Source: Octopus sinensis
Taxonomy: Eukaryota
Direction of reading: 5' to 3'
NCBI RefSeq assembly: GCF_006345805.1
Contig: NC_043000.1
Coordinates: forward strand, 11,656,001 to 11,720,000
Length of the DNA stretch: 64,000 bases
Below the pieces are notes generated by a model. That model ran no database searches. It was given only the letters and a program-made list of their open reading frames with translations, and was not told where the DNA came from. Below are positions 26,250 to 38,545 of the stretch, piece after piece; positions within the stretch are counted from its first letter, which is position 1, and each line of letters opens with the position of its first letter. The position numbers and the translations under genes are program-made.

Positions 26250-26757
26250 CATATATTTATGCATACATACATACATACATACATACATACATACATACAT
26301 ACATACATACATACACACATACATACGTACATATATCGTAAATTAAGGATGTAAACGTTGAATATCAAGATCGTAATCTACCGATTTCATCTCAAGATTG
26401 GAATATTCATTGTCATATCAAATAAATTTCCACTAACGGCAATTTCCAGCTGAGCAAATAAAAGCTATACATACATACATACATACACACACACATACAT
26501 ACCTACATACACACATACATACATACATACATACATACATACATACACACATACATACATACATACATACATACATACATGCATAATACATACATACATA
26601 CATACACACATACATGCATACATACATACACACATACATACATACATACATGCATACATACATACATACATACACACATACATGCATACATACATACATA
26701 CATACATACATACATACATACACATACATACATACATACATACACACCACACATACA

Positions 26758-26789
<32 letters not shown>

Positions 26790-26915
26790 CACACATACAT
26801 ACATACATACATACACACACGCACACATACATACATACATACATACATACATACATACATACACACATACACATATACACACACACATACATACATACAT
26901 ACACACATACATACA

Positions 26916-26947
<32 letters not shown>

Positions 26948-27515
26948 CACACATACATACACACACGCACACATACATACATACATACATACATACACAC
27001 ATACACACATACATACATACATACATACACACATACATACACACACGCACACATACATACATACATACATACATACATACACACACGCACACATACATAC
27101 ATACACACGCGCACACACACATACATGCATTCATACATACATACACACACATACACACATACATACATACATACATAACATACATACATACATACATACA
27201 TACATACGTGTATGTGTGTAGGTAGGTAAATAGGTAGCTATGGATTAGTATATATATGTTATGTATGTTTATATATTTATATATATTTATATATGTGTGT
27301 GCATATATATATGTATGTGTGTTTATATGCATATATATACACATATGTATGTATATATGTGTGTGAGTGCGTTTATGTATGTATGTATGTATGTATGTAT
27401 GTATGTATGTGTGTGTGTGTGTGAGTGCGTATGTATGTATGTATGTATGTATGTATGTATGTATGTGTGTATGTATGTATGTATGTATGCATGTGTGTAT
27501 GTATGTATGTATGTC
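26250..27515. repeat. (TACA)n then (TATG)n microsatellite block
   Basis: Direct reading; source of the 179-364 aa HTYI/MYVC ORFs. Confidence 0.95.
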
Positions 27516-28075
27516 ATAAACTACCACTGGGATTTTTCCTATTCCACCATCTCATTTCTTTCGACATTTAAAACGAAAAACTCGTAACCTGCTGCAAATA
27601 TTAGGAGAAAATAAAACCATGGACAGAAAAGAGAGGGAAGTAAAAAAAATAATAATAAATAAAGGTAAACTAAAAACTCTAAAAACAAAAAAAGAAAGAC
27701 AGTAAGAAAAATAAACTTTTCATTGCCATCTTGTTGGAACAAGATTACACAATTATACAAGGAGAAAAAAATTCTCTTTAGACGAATAGATTTTGGTGTT
27801 GACATAAATTCTGTTGGTTAAACGATTTTCGATTTCCGGGAATGTCTGTTTAACAGAGACAGCAATTCGGTTAGAGATAAGGAGTTTAGCATTTATTATC
27901 TATCTTCCTGCCTGGTTGGAAAAATTTCAGAGCAGACCTTCATAATGTGGCTGGTGATAAATTTTGGAAATGATGACAGTTATTTTTGTATAAGGAAACT
28001 AACGGATAAACCAACATAGGTGATTAAGAAACGGAGAAGACGATTCATGTGTGTGTGTGTGTATATAGTATATAT

Positions 28076-28147
<72 letters not shown>

Positions 28148-28249
28148 CTATATCTAGATATATGTACATATATATATACATATACATACATATATACATA
28201 CATATATATATATATATAATAAGCGAGAAAGAAGCAACAAGAATGGATA

Positions 28250-28344
28250 GTATTTAGTACGATCGTTTCATACAAGGACAGGTTTTATTAAAAGTTGCAA
28301 AGATTACAGCATATAACGAGTCCCGTACTCATCAGCTAAAATAC
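28250..28344 (-). ncRNA. Type I minimal hammerhead ribozyme (antisense-arm copy)
   Basis: Minus strand reads GTATTTTAG-CTGATGA-GTACGGGAC...GTCCTTGTAT-GAAA-C-GATC-G-TA-CTAAATAC. Confidence 0.8.
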
Positions 28345-28374
28345 ATGTAAGTTCTCCAGACATCCAACTTACAT

Positions 28375-28465
28375 GTATTAGCTGATGAGTACGGGACTCG
28401 TTTATATGCTGTATCTTTGCAACTTTTATAAAACCTGTCTTGTATGAAACGATCGTACTAAATAC
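28375..28465 (+). ncRNA. Type I minimal hammerhead ribozyme
   Basis: GTATTAG-CTGATGA(28382)-GTACGGGAC...GTCTTGTAT-GAAA(28446)-C-GATC-G-TA-CTAAATAC. All core residues are present; predicted cleavage after 28457. Confidence 0.8.
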
Positions 28466-28605
28466 CTATCCATTCTTGTTGCTTCTTTCTCGCTTATAAT
28501 CACCCCACATACTGTATTGTTAAATCAGTATAGTTTTTTTTGGTGCATCTAAGTTAGGTACCATATTCAAGTAAATTTTTAAATAACTTGAATCTTTATT
28601 GCTCT

Positions 28606-28639
<34 letters not shown>

Positions 28640-28640
<1 letters not shown>

Positions 28641-28826
28641 CCATGATAGATCGTTAGCCACTACACACATTTTTTTCTCTCTTGTTTCTTTCTGCATTCC
28701 TTTCTGTAGAAGAGCGTAGGCTCGAAACGTAAAATACCTTTTATATTCCTGAGCGTTATACTAATACATCTGTTTGTTTTGTACACCACCTGTCTTCGTC
28801 TTTTGTTTTTTTTTCGTAAACTCTCC
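28640..28826 (+). mobile_element. Short interspersed repeat family F (probable Penelope-like terminal repeat)
   Basis: About 190-200 bp; second copy at 37295-37493 on the minus strand. Carries CTGTAGAAGAGCGTAGGCTCGAAACGTA and abuts (TA)n. Confidence 0.6.
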
Positions 28827-28860
28827 ATATATATATTCGTGTGTGTGTGTGTGTGTGTGT

Positions 28861-28915
<55 letters not shown>

Positions 28916-29597
28916 GTGTGTGTGCGTGTGTGTGTGTGTGTGCATTTGTATGTATATATACAGATACATTCATATACAATGTATATATGAGCGTGTGTAA
29001 GCAAAATAAGGGTCTCAAATGTTGGCACTAGTCCAGTAACTTCAGGGAAGAGGCTAGTCGATCCATCGACTCCGGTGTTCAGCTGGTTCTTATTGTATTG
29101 ACTTTGAGAAAAAAATTACTTCAGCGGCATTTGAACTCAGAACGTAAAAAGCCGGAAAAAATGCCGCTAACCATTTTTGTCCGGTGTGTTAAATATATAT
29201 TCTTCCAGCTTGCAGCCCTGGTGTAAAGTAGAATAATGAAGCAGAGACAAACAAGGAAAGCGTATAGAACAAGGGAAATAGAACAAAATTAATAAACAAA
29301 ACAGAACATTCCCTTTATCAGCTATCTGCCGAGGGTCATGTCGATTTCGACTCCTTGGGATAGCGGTCGCTACCATTCGCTGGCTTCAGCACCCCCAACA
29401 AATGAATAATGCAATGGAGACGATTCAAGAAGGAAGCGAAAATTTTATATACGCGGATTATACTGAAATTAATACAAAAGCGGGCATGACTTTTTTTTAA
29501 TTGTTTGACATAAGTCATTGACAGAGGTACGTCTTCGTAGAGATACTCTTCCTCAATAGAAAGATACTAGTCAACTCCTCAATAGAAAGATGCTACT

Positions 29598-30194
29598 AAA
29601 GGCGGCGAGCTAGCTGAAACGTTAGCACGCCGGGCAAAATGCTTTGTGGCATTTCGTCCGCCGCTGCGTTCTGTGTTCAAATTCCGCCGTGGTCGACTTT
29701 GCCTTTCATCCTTTCGGGGTCGATAAATTAAGTACCAGTTACGCACTGGGATCGATGTAATCGACTTAATCCGTTTGTCTGTCCTTGTTTGTCCTCTCTG
29801 TGTTTAGCCCCTTGTGGGTAGTAAAGAAATAGGTATTTCGTCTGCCGCTACGTTCTGAGTTCAAATTCCGCCGAGGTCGACTTGCTTTCATCCTTTCGGG
29901 GTCGATAAATTTATTACCAGTTACGCACTGGGGTCGATGTAATCGACTTAATCCGTTGTCTGTGCTTGTTTGTCCTCTCTGTGTTTAGCCCCTTGTGGGT
30001 AGTAAAGAATAGGTATTTCGTCTGCCGCTACGTTCTGAGTTCAAATTCCCGCCGAGATCGACTTTGCCTTTCATCCTTTCGGGGACGATAAATTAAGTAC
30101 CAGTTACGCACTGGGATCGATGTAATCGACTTAATCCCTTTGTCTGTCCTTGTTTGTCCTCTATGTTTAGCCTCTTGTGGGCAATAAAAAAAAA
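29598..30194 (+). mobile_element. SINE A1 trimer with TSD
   Basis: Internal junctions resume at GGTATTTCG (29832, 30012). TSD AGAAAGAT(G/A)CTACT at 29584-29597 and 30195-30208. Confidence 0.9.
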
Positions 30195-30208
30195 AGAAAG
30201 ATACTACT

Positions 30209-30475
30209 CAACACAGTTTTCATCACAAGCGATGCATTCGCGCCACAGTTGAACCCAACTCCCGAATCCTCTTTAAAAATACACTGTTGTAACTTCTTCA
30301 CAACCACTTTTACCTCATCTGTGTCATAAATATCACTGTTCCTGAACAGCATCCTTCTTTGGACTGAAGAGGTGGCTATCAGTGGGGGTGAAGTAGTAGA
30401 TCCATACTGCACAGCGGATGGGGGAAACACTGAACAGCCCAGTTTGGCGACTGCCAGATTTGTTGCCAAAGATGT
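30209..30475 (-). pseudogene. mariner transposase C-terminal relic
   Basis: Across frameshifts: AKLGCSVF / HPLCSMDL / PTDSHLFSPKKD / YDTDEVKVVVKKL / RGFGSWVQLWRECIACDENCVE*, matching HPPYSPDLAPSDYHLF...RWxKCI..GxYVE. Confidence 0.75.
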
Positions 30476-30548
30476 GTGTAGTTGTGGATTGTCATGGTAT
30501 ATATAGATCGCTTTTAGATTTTTGTCCAGTCTCTTTTTCCTAATGGTT

Positions 30549-30798
30549 TACTCTTTTACTCTTTTACTTGTTTCAGTCATTTGACTGTGGCAATGCTGGA
30601 GCACCGCCTTTAGTCGAGCAAATCGACCTCAGGACTTATTCTGTGTAAGCCTAGTACTTATTCTATCGGTCTCTTTTGCCGAACCGCTAAGTTACGGGGA
30701 CGTAAACACACCAGCATCAGTTGTCAGGCGATGTTGGGGAACAAACACAGACACACAAACATACCACACGCCATATATAATATATATATATATATATT

Positions 30799-30850
<52 letters not shown>

Positions 30851-31031
30851 ATATATGTACATATATTACGAAGGGCTTCTTTCAGTTTCCGTCAACAAAA
30901 TCCACTCACAAGGCTTTGGTCGGCCCAAGGCTATGGGAGAAGACACTTGCCCAAGGTGCCACGCAGTGGGACTGAACCCGGAACCATGTGATTGGTAAGC
31001 AAGTTACTTACTACACAGCCACTCCTACGCA
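30549..31031 (-). mobile_element. tRNA/CORE SINE family B, full length
   Basis: Head GGAGTGGCTGTGT...GGGTTCAGTCCC, CORE-like GGCACCTTGGGCAAGTGTCTT, internal (TA)n, tail (GAGTAAAA)n. Confidence 0.9.
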
Positions 31032-31297
31032 TCTCTAAACATTTTGAGTGTCTCAATGTTACCGCTCGCTGTTCACAGTACAGCCACGTTCCAGAAAATC
31101 AAATAGAATGCCGTCGTTGTCATCCCTCAAGACAGTCGCCATAACGTCTTATAGCACTTGTGGCTCTTCAGCTTCTTAGACCTTCGAGATATGATGCCTT
31201 TCCATGCACTGATGCTTGGTTTCTGGATTAGAAAGCTTTGCCCAAGTTTCATTTTCTGTCATCAGATTGGAAATATAAAACAAAAAAAAATTGGTCT

Positions 31298-32075
31298 TCA
31301 GGCGTAGGAGTGGCTGTGTGGTAAGTAGCTTACTTAACAACCACATGGCTCCGGGTTCAGTCCCACTGCGTGGCACCTTGGGCAATTGTCTTCTCCTATA
31401 GCCTCGGGCCGACCAAAGCCTTGTGAGTGGATTTGGTAGACGGAAACTGAAAGAAGCCCGTCGTATATATGTATATATATATATATGTATGTGAGGCGCA
31501 TGGCTCAGTGGTTAGCGTCGTAGCTTCGATCGTGAGGTTGTGAGCTCGAATCACGGATGGGCTGCGTGTTGTGTTCTTGAGCAAGACACTTTATTTCACG
31601 TTGCTCCAGTTCACTCAGCTGTAGAAATGAGTTGCGACGTCACAGGTGCCAAGTGTATCGATCGACCTTTGTCCTTTCCTTGGATAACACTGGTGGCGTG
31701 GAAGGGGAGGCCGGTGGTATGGGTGACTACTGGTCTTCCATAAAAAAACCTTGCGCCCACTTGTGCCTCAGAGGGTAACTCTCTAGGTGCAAACCCATGG
31801 TCACTCATGACCGAAGGGGGTCTTTACCTTTTTTTTTTATATATATGTATGTGTGTGTATCTGTTTGGGTGTCTGTGTTTGTCCCCCCAACATCGCTTGA
31901 CAACCAATGCTGGTGTGTTTACGTCCCCGTAACTTAGCAGTTCGGCAAAAGAGACCGATAGAATAAGTACTAGGCTTCACAAAGAATAAGTCCTGGGGTC
32001 GATTTGCTCGACTAAAGGGTGTGCTCCAGCATGGCCACAGCCAAATGGCCACAGAAAACAAGTAAACAAGTAAAG
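31298..32075 (+). mobile_element. SINE family B with a C1-type SINE (31493-31829) nested in its internal microsatellite
   Basis: B head 31298-31490, C1 head GAGGCGCATGGCTCAGTGGTTAG, B tail resumes at about 31840. Confidence 0.85.
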
Positions 32076-32619
32076 AGTTCATTGGCTTCAAACGTTCACA
32101 ACAGATCAGAACAGATCCCATATTTCTATCCTGTAAGTCGGTTGTCCATTGCCGAGGTGCCTTCTTTGCACAGATATTCTGATATTCAAAGTCAGCCACT
32201 ATCTTTTGTAATGAATCGTGACCGTTATTATACGCATATATTATTCGATGGGGAAGCTACATTAGTAACTCAAATGCCGAGAGTTTTGTTAAGTGCAATG
32301 TACAAAACTCTCGGCCTTTGAGATACTAGTATAGCGTTACCACCGACCGGTCTGTGATAAGAAGCTTGCTTCCCAATCACATGAAAGAAGCCCGTCACAT
32401 TTATATCTATGCGTGTGTGTATCTGTCTGTGTGTTTCTGTTTCTTCCCCACTGCTGCTTCACAACTGGTATTGGTTTATTTACGCCACTATAAGCTAGCG
32501 GTTCAGCAGAAATAATCGATAGAATAAGTACCAGGGTTTTAAAAAAAAGTATTCATTCAAGTAAAAATTCTGCAAGGTCGTGCTTCTGCACAGCCGCAGT
32601 CTAATCCTGAAACAAAAGG

Positions 32620-32700
<81 letters not shown>

Positions 32701-32772
32701 ATCTATCTATCTATCTATCTTTACGTACATACACACATGCATACAAACATATATATGTGTATGCGTGTATAT

Positions 32773-33206
32773 CTCTTTACTCTTTACTCTTTTACTTGTT
32801 TCAGTCATTTGACTGCGGCCATGCTGGAGCACCGCCATGCTGGAGCACCGCCATGCTGGAGCACCGCCATGCTGGAGCAAATCGACCCCATGACTTATTC
32901 TTTGTAAGCCTAGTACTTATTCTATCGGTCTCTTTTGCCGAACTGCTAAGTTACGGGGACGTAAACACATCACCATAGGTTGTTGGGTGGTGGGGACAAA
33001 CACAGACACACAAACACACATATATATACATATACATATATACGACGGGCTTCTTTCTGTTTCCGTCTACCAAATCCACCCACAAGGTTTTGGTCGGCCC
33101 GAGGCTATAGTAGAAGACACTTGCCCAAGGTGCCAAGCAGTGGGACTGAACCCGGAACCATGTGGTTGGTAAGCAAGCTACTTACCACACAGCCACTCCT
33201 GCGCCT
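32773..33206 (-). mobile_element. SINE family B, full length, with an internal 16-bp tandem expansion
   Basis: CCATGCTGGAGCACCG repeated about 3.7 times at 32819-32879. Confidence 0.9.
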
Positions 33207-33269
33207 ATATATGTACAAATATGTGTATACATATGTACGTATAGACGTATAATATATATTTGTACATCT

Positions 33270-33750
33270 ATACGATTTATGTGTGTGTGGTTGTGTGTGT
33301 GTATGTGTGGTGTGTGTGTGTGTATGTGTGTGTGTATGTGTGGTGTGTGGTGTGTGTATGTGTGTGTGTGTGTGTGTGTGTCTGGCGTGTGTGTGTGTAT
33401 GTGTGGTGTGTATGTGTGTGTGTGTATGGTGTGGTGTGTGTGTGTGTCTGTGGTCTGTACGTGTGTGTGTGTGTGTGTTTGGTATGTGTGTGTGGTGTGT
33501 TTGTTGTGTATGTGGTGTGTGTGTGTGTGGTGTGTGTGTGTGTGGGTCTGTGTGTCTGTGTGTCGTGCGTGTGTGTGGTGTGTGTATGTGTGTGTGTGTG
33601 TGTGTGTATGTGGTGTATGTGTGTGTGTGTGTGTGTGTGTGTCTGTGTCTGTGTGTCTGTGTTGTGCGGGCGTGTTCGTGTGAAATATTTATGCGTGTAT
33701 ATGTTGTGCGGGTATATGTTGTGCGGGTATATGTGTGTGTGTGTGTGAAT
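33270..33750. repeat. (TG)n microsatellite
   Basis: Direct reading. Confidence 0.95.
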
Positions 33751-34519
33751 CTTGTGTTTATATTTATGTATTACGTGACGTGGCCAACTACAAAACCTAC
33801 CTCCTGCAGTTCCCCCCTCTCCCCCCTACACACAAACATACACATACTCACACCACCCCCCCATCCCCCCCACCTCCGACACGTTTAAGTGAGATATACA
33901 TCATAACGATGGTGATAGTGGCGTGGAGGAGATAGTAGTCGCATTGGCACACCAGTAACCATGACAACCGGGTAGTTCTTGTCAAAAGGAACCAGAAGAG
34001 GTGGTAGGAACGAAGAAGGGGCGAAAATTCTGCTGCGCGTGAAATGGTGCTGAAGGTATCGGAAATGGCGGTTTTGGCGCTGGTGTCGGTGTTGGGCGAT
34101 AATGTCTGATTTAGGTTTGATCAAGGGCGGGGTGTCGAAGCTGGCAGTAAATTCGTTGGGGGCGGGCGGGGGGTAGTGAGGCTAGAAATAGTGGGATGCT
34201 TGTAGAGTGAGTGGGCTGGGGGGGAGATGAGGCCCGAATTATTTGACTGGTTTCGAATCACAAGAAAACGCAGAACACCTGAGAATATTCCTCTCTCATC
34301 CTTCGCACCCACTTTCTCCCTTTATTTACCTCCTCCCTGGGTACCATACACACACACATTCTCTCTCTCTCTCTCCCTTCCTCTCTCTTTCTCTTTCTTT
34401 CTCCCCTCTGTCTCTTTCTTTCTCTTTCCCTCTCTCTCGCCTTCTCTTTCCTTCTCTCTCGCCTTCTCTTTCCCCCTCTCTCGCCTACTATTTCTCTATA
34501 TTAGCGCGCGCGCGCGTAT

Positions 34520-35410
34520 CTTTTACTTCTTTCAGTCATTCGTCTGAAGCCATGCTGGGGCACCACACTGAAAGGTTTTAATCGAACAGCTCGACCTCAG
34601 TAACCAGCTGCTTAAGCCCTGGTACTCATTCTCTACTCTCTCTCTCTCTCTTTGCCAAACTGCTAAGTTACGGGACGTAAACAAATCAACAACGGTTGTC
34701 AAGCAGTGATGGGGTCAAACGCAAACAGTAACGCGAACGCGCATATAAACGACAGGCTTCTTTCAGTTTCCGTCAACCAAATTCACTCACAAGTCTTTGG
34801 CTAACTTAGACCTATAGTGGAAAACATTTGTTCAAGGTGTGCCCTGTGGGACTGAACACGGCACCATGTGGTTGGGAACTAAATATATACATTTACCTAC
34901 ATACATACATACATACATACATACATACATACATACATACATACATACACACATATATGTATACAAGTGCGTGTGTGTGTAACTATATATATATATGTAT
35001 GTGTGTGTGTATACAGTTGTGTATATAAATACATAAGTAGCTTGCTTATCAACCACATGGCTCCGGGTTCAGTCCCACTGCGTGGCACCTTTGGCAAGTG
35101 TCTTCTACTATAGCCCCGGGCCGATCAAAGCCTTGTGAGTGGATTTGGTAGACGGAAACTGAAAGAAGCCCATCGTATATATATTTGTGTGACTGCGTCT
35201 GTGTCTGTGTTTGTCCTCCCGACATCGCTTGACAACTGATGTTGGTGTGTTTACGTCCCCGTAACTTAGCAGTTCGGCAAAAGAGACCGACAGATTAAGT
35301 ACTAGGCTTACAAAGAATAAGTCCTGGGGTCGATTTGTTCGACTAAAGGCGGTGCTCCAGCATGGCCGCAGCCAAATTACTGAAACAAGTAAAAGAAAGA
35401 AAAAGAAAGA
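34520..35410. mobile_element. Two family B SINEs (34520-34880 minus; 35033-35410 plus)
   Basis: Family B head, body and tail sequences. Confidence 0.8.
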
Positions 35411-35452
35411 GTATACATATGCATACACGTACAACATACATACATACATACA

Positions 35453-35483
<31 letters not shown>

Positions 35484-35546
35484 TCATACATACATACATT
35501 CATACATACATATGTGTGCGTGCGTGCGTGTGTGTGTGTGTGTGTA

Positions 35547-35779
35547 AAGGTGATGGTTTGGCAGAATCGTTAGCACGCCGGGTGAAATGCTTAGCAGTAT
35601 TTCGTCTATCTTTACGTTCTGAGTTCAAATTCCGCCGAGGTTGACTTTGCCTTTCATCCTTTCGGGGCCGATAAATTAAGTACCAGTTACGCACTGGAGT
35701 CGATGTAATCGACTTAATCCCTTTGTCTGTCCTTGTTTGTCCTCTCTATGTTTAGCCCCTTGTGGGTAGTAAAGAAATA
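35547..35779 (+). mobile_element. SINE A1 inserted into the A-box of an older A-like head
   Basis: AGAATCGTTA duplicated at 35563-35572 and 35780-35789; a decayed head continues downstream. Confidence 0.75.
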
Positions 35780-36178
35780 AGAATCGTTAACGCGGCAGCC
35801 AAAGTGCTTTGTAGTAACCTTTCGGCTCTCAACGTTCTAAATCCAGGTGAAATCAGCTATGTTTTTAATCCTTTGGCATCAATGAACTATAGTACTAGTC
35901 GAGTTCAGAGGTCAATGGTATCGCCTAATTCCCTTAAATTTCAGGTTTTGTGCCTAGAATAGAAACAATATTGTATCTATGTTGTTTCTTAAAGATTTTA
36001 ACTGAATTTGCATTACTTTAAGTTTCACAGACCTCAGAAACACATCTGCATCCGGTCGTTTTGGACGCTTACGACTCAGTGCTTAATCAGGCACAGCTTC
36101 TAGAAAAAGTTGATTATTGTCACTGGATAGTGTGCGTGAATTTTTCTCCTTAGACGGATCAGATCACGTGATGGAGCT

Positions 36179-36239
<61 letters not shown>

Positions 36240-36521
36240 AATATTGGGGAATAAATCCAAATTACAGGGAAAAATCAGATTTAGGATTAAATCCAATTTT
36301 ATAGTAAAATATTATATAATATAATTCGAGACAAAACCACTATTTGCAAAACAAAATTAAAACAGATTAGGAGATCGAAAATCCACCTGACGAATGTCAT
36401 TGAAGACATGAAACGATTGTAGTGGCGGTTATTTCTTTATATTAAAAATTTTTATGTATTGATTAAGTCTTTCCTTGTTTGTTTTGAACAAAAATGGTTT
36501 TGTCTCGAATTATATTATATA
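36240..36521 (+). mobile_element. Hammerhead-bearing mini-element between (TA)n tracts with a partial inverted terminal repeat
   Basis: Perfect 27-bp inverted repeat at 36313-36339 and 36495-36521, with imperfect extension to about 43 bp. Confidence 0.7.
36383..36425 (+). ncRNA. Type I minimal hammerhead ribozyme
   Basis: CCAC-CTGACGA-ATGTC-ATTGAA-GACAT-GAAA-C-GATT-G-TA-GTGG. Stems I, II and III all pair; predicted cleavage after 36421. Confidence 0.8.
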
Positions 36522-36532
36522 TATATTCTATA

Positions 36533-36572
<40 letters not shown>

Positions 36573-37186
36573 GTGTAATAAATAAAATATATGCATACAT
36601 ACAAACATATATGTACGTACCTACATCTACATGTATATAACATGCATATATAAATATATATACGTGTGTACAGGACACCATAAATAGACGCAGAACTCAA
36701 CGAGAAACGAAAATGTAAAAACAGCATGAACGGACCATTTTTTTAACAACGAAAAACAGAGTACAAGACAACTACACAAGGAAAAATCCCCTTCATCAGC
36801 TGTCCCTAGTTCAACTCCAGCGTGTTTCGAAGGATGGACAGAACACGTCTCGCTGAACTAATCCTTCCTGCGAAAGAATTAAAATAAAATTCCTTTGCAG
36901 AGGGGTAAAAACAAGGGAAAAAATGTGACAAAAATGTGACAAAAACAGGACGTAAAAACAATACAATTAAAAACAAATACAAAATAAATAGAATTACAAA
37001 AAATACAGTACAAGAAGGAATAGAAACAGGACAGGAAAACAAATAAAGAGGGCCTATAAGCCTAGACGAGGAAAAAAAATTTTTTTTTCACGAGCGCAGG
37101 AAGAAACATGTTTACTTGAACAAGGCAGCCGTCGAAAGGAAGTTCGTAGACCAGGCTGTGAGAGGGATGAGGAGTGAGAGAGAGAT

Positions 37187-37240
<54 letters not shown>

Positions 37241-37294
37241 GGAAGTAAAAGAGGGTGAAAGAAAGAGAGAAGAAGGAGTTATAGGGTTTTGCAG

Positions 37295-37493
37295 GAAAGA
37301 TTCACGAAAAAAAAAAACAAAAGACGAAGACAGGTGGTGTGGAAAACAAACAGATGTATTAGTATAATGCTCGGGAATTGAAAAAGTCTTTTACGTTTCG
37401 ACCCTACGCTCTTCTACAGAAAGTGACACAGAAAAAACAAGGAGAGAAAAAAAAAGTTTGTAGTGGCTACCGATCTTGCCGATCTATCATGGC
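37295..37493 (-). mobile_element. Repeat family F, second copy
   Basis: Reverse complement of 28640-28826. Confidence 0.7.
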
Positions 37494-37914
37494 TGCTGGT
37501 TGCTACTGAAGAGGAGACAGTACCATTACAACGAGCATGTGTATTCACCGTTGCTCTGGCTAGAAGTTCCAGTTACATTGAGGTTTAAATTTCAGTAAAG
37601 TTTATGGAATGGTCTGGTATTAATAGCTACACGCTGGCAGTTATCACTCATTGTTAGCAGTAAAACGGCAGTTGAATTTTCTGCCTTGTTTTTTGTTTGT
37701 TTTTGTTTGTTTGTTTGTTTTATTTTTTTAGGGATACAATGAACTATTGTAATATGTGGAGCAAATATGTTATGTTACTGACAATAGATAACTTAAAACT
37801 ATCAAAACGGATAGTTTCGTTAATGGCATCAGAATGAGAATTCAGGTTTTTTTGTTAAGTCGTTGCAGCATTTCGTAATATATATAGTTTGTTGTAAATA
37901 AAAAAAAAAAGCTG

Positions 37915-38160
37915 CGCACTCGATGTGAGTATTGATGAGGCCTGTCGAAAATATCCCAGATTATGTTGGGAAGAACATTTCCCTGATCCCAGCGCTTCCT
38001 CATAAAACGGGACAGAGTAATGTAGCTTTTTTTCTCCCTGGACCTGAAGAGTGTATATGTAGTGTAAGCCTTCTTTTGAAGTTATTGACTGTAAATCAAG
38101 CGTATGCTGAATAAATCTTCCCTTGATGTAATTGGCTGTAAATCTGGATACCATCATGTT
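37915..38160 (-). pseudogene. Possible CR1/Crack-type LINE 3' coding remnant
   Basis: LQKKAY...LFRS...FMRK...LPNIIWDIFDRPHQYSHRVR loosely resembles LQKKA..PLFK...FMYK..LP..F....H.YNTR. Very decayed. Confidence 0.3.
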
Positions 38161-38545
38161 GGGTGAAAGTCGTTCTACAGACTAGTGTCTTGGAAAAGGA
38201 GAATCCTTTCAGCTAACAGGCTTGCGTGGGTTTATGCTTGTTACTATTGTAGCATGCGATATTAGAAGCGGTGTTGTCTAGTTCAGAGTAACTCACCTTA
38301 TCATTGCGTGCTTTAAATTGCTTTGCTTGAGATGTGTGGTCTAGTTAGAGGCATTTACGTTGCATAGAAGATTGGACCAAATTGTTTCCTACTTCCTCAC
38401 TCTTCAGAGTAAGATGGCTGAGTCTTCCATGTACTCCAACTTCTAACTAAAGAAACACTTCCCAAATGTTTCGTTGTAGTGGATGTGGTACTCTGTAAAA
38501 AATATCACTGTCTGGGTTTAAATTGGCGATCATTTCACTAATATT

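Larger units (their letters stand above)
28219..28497. repeat. Near-perfect palindrome (arms 28219-28353 and 28366-28497, 12-nt loop)
   Basis: The arms are reverse complements differing essentially only by small indels. Confidence 0.95.

Noticed and set aside
36786-36835. Hammerhead on the minus strand (GAAAC...CTGATGA)
   Set aside because: The halves are in type II order, but there is no NUH triplet or closing stems; at most a fragment of another terminal-repeat family.
38372-38407. CTGAAGA...GAAAC...GTC on the minus strand
   Set aside because: Neither stem I nor stem II can pair; likely chance.
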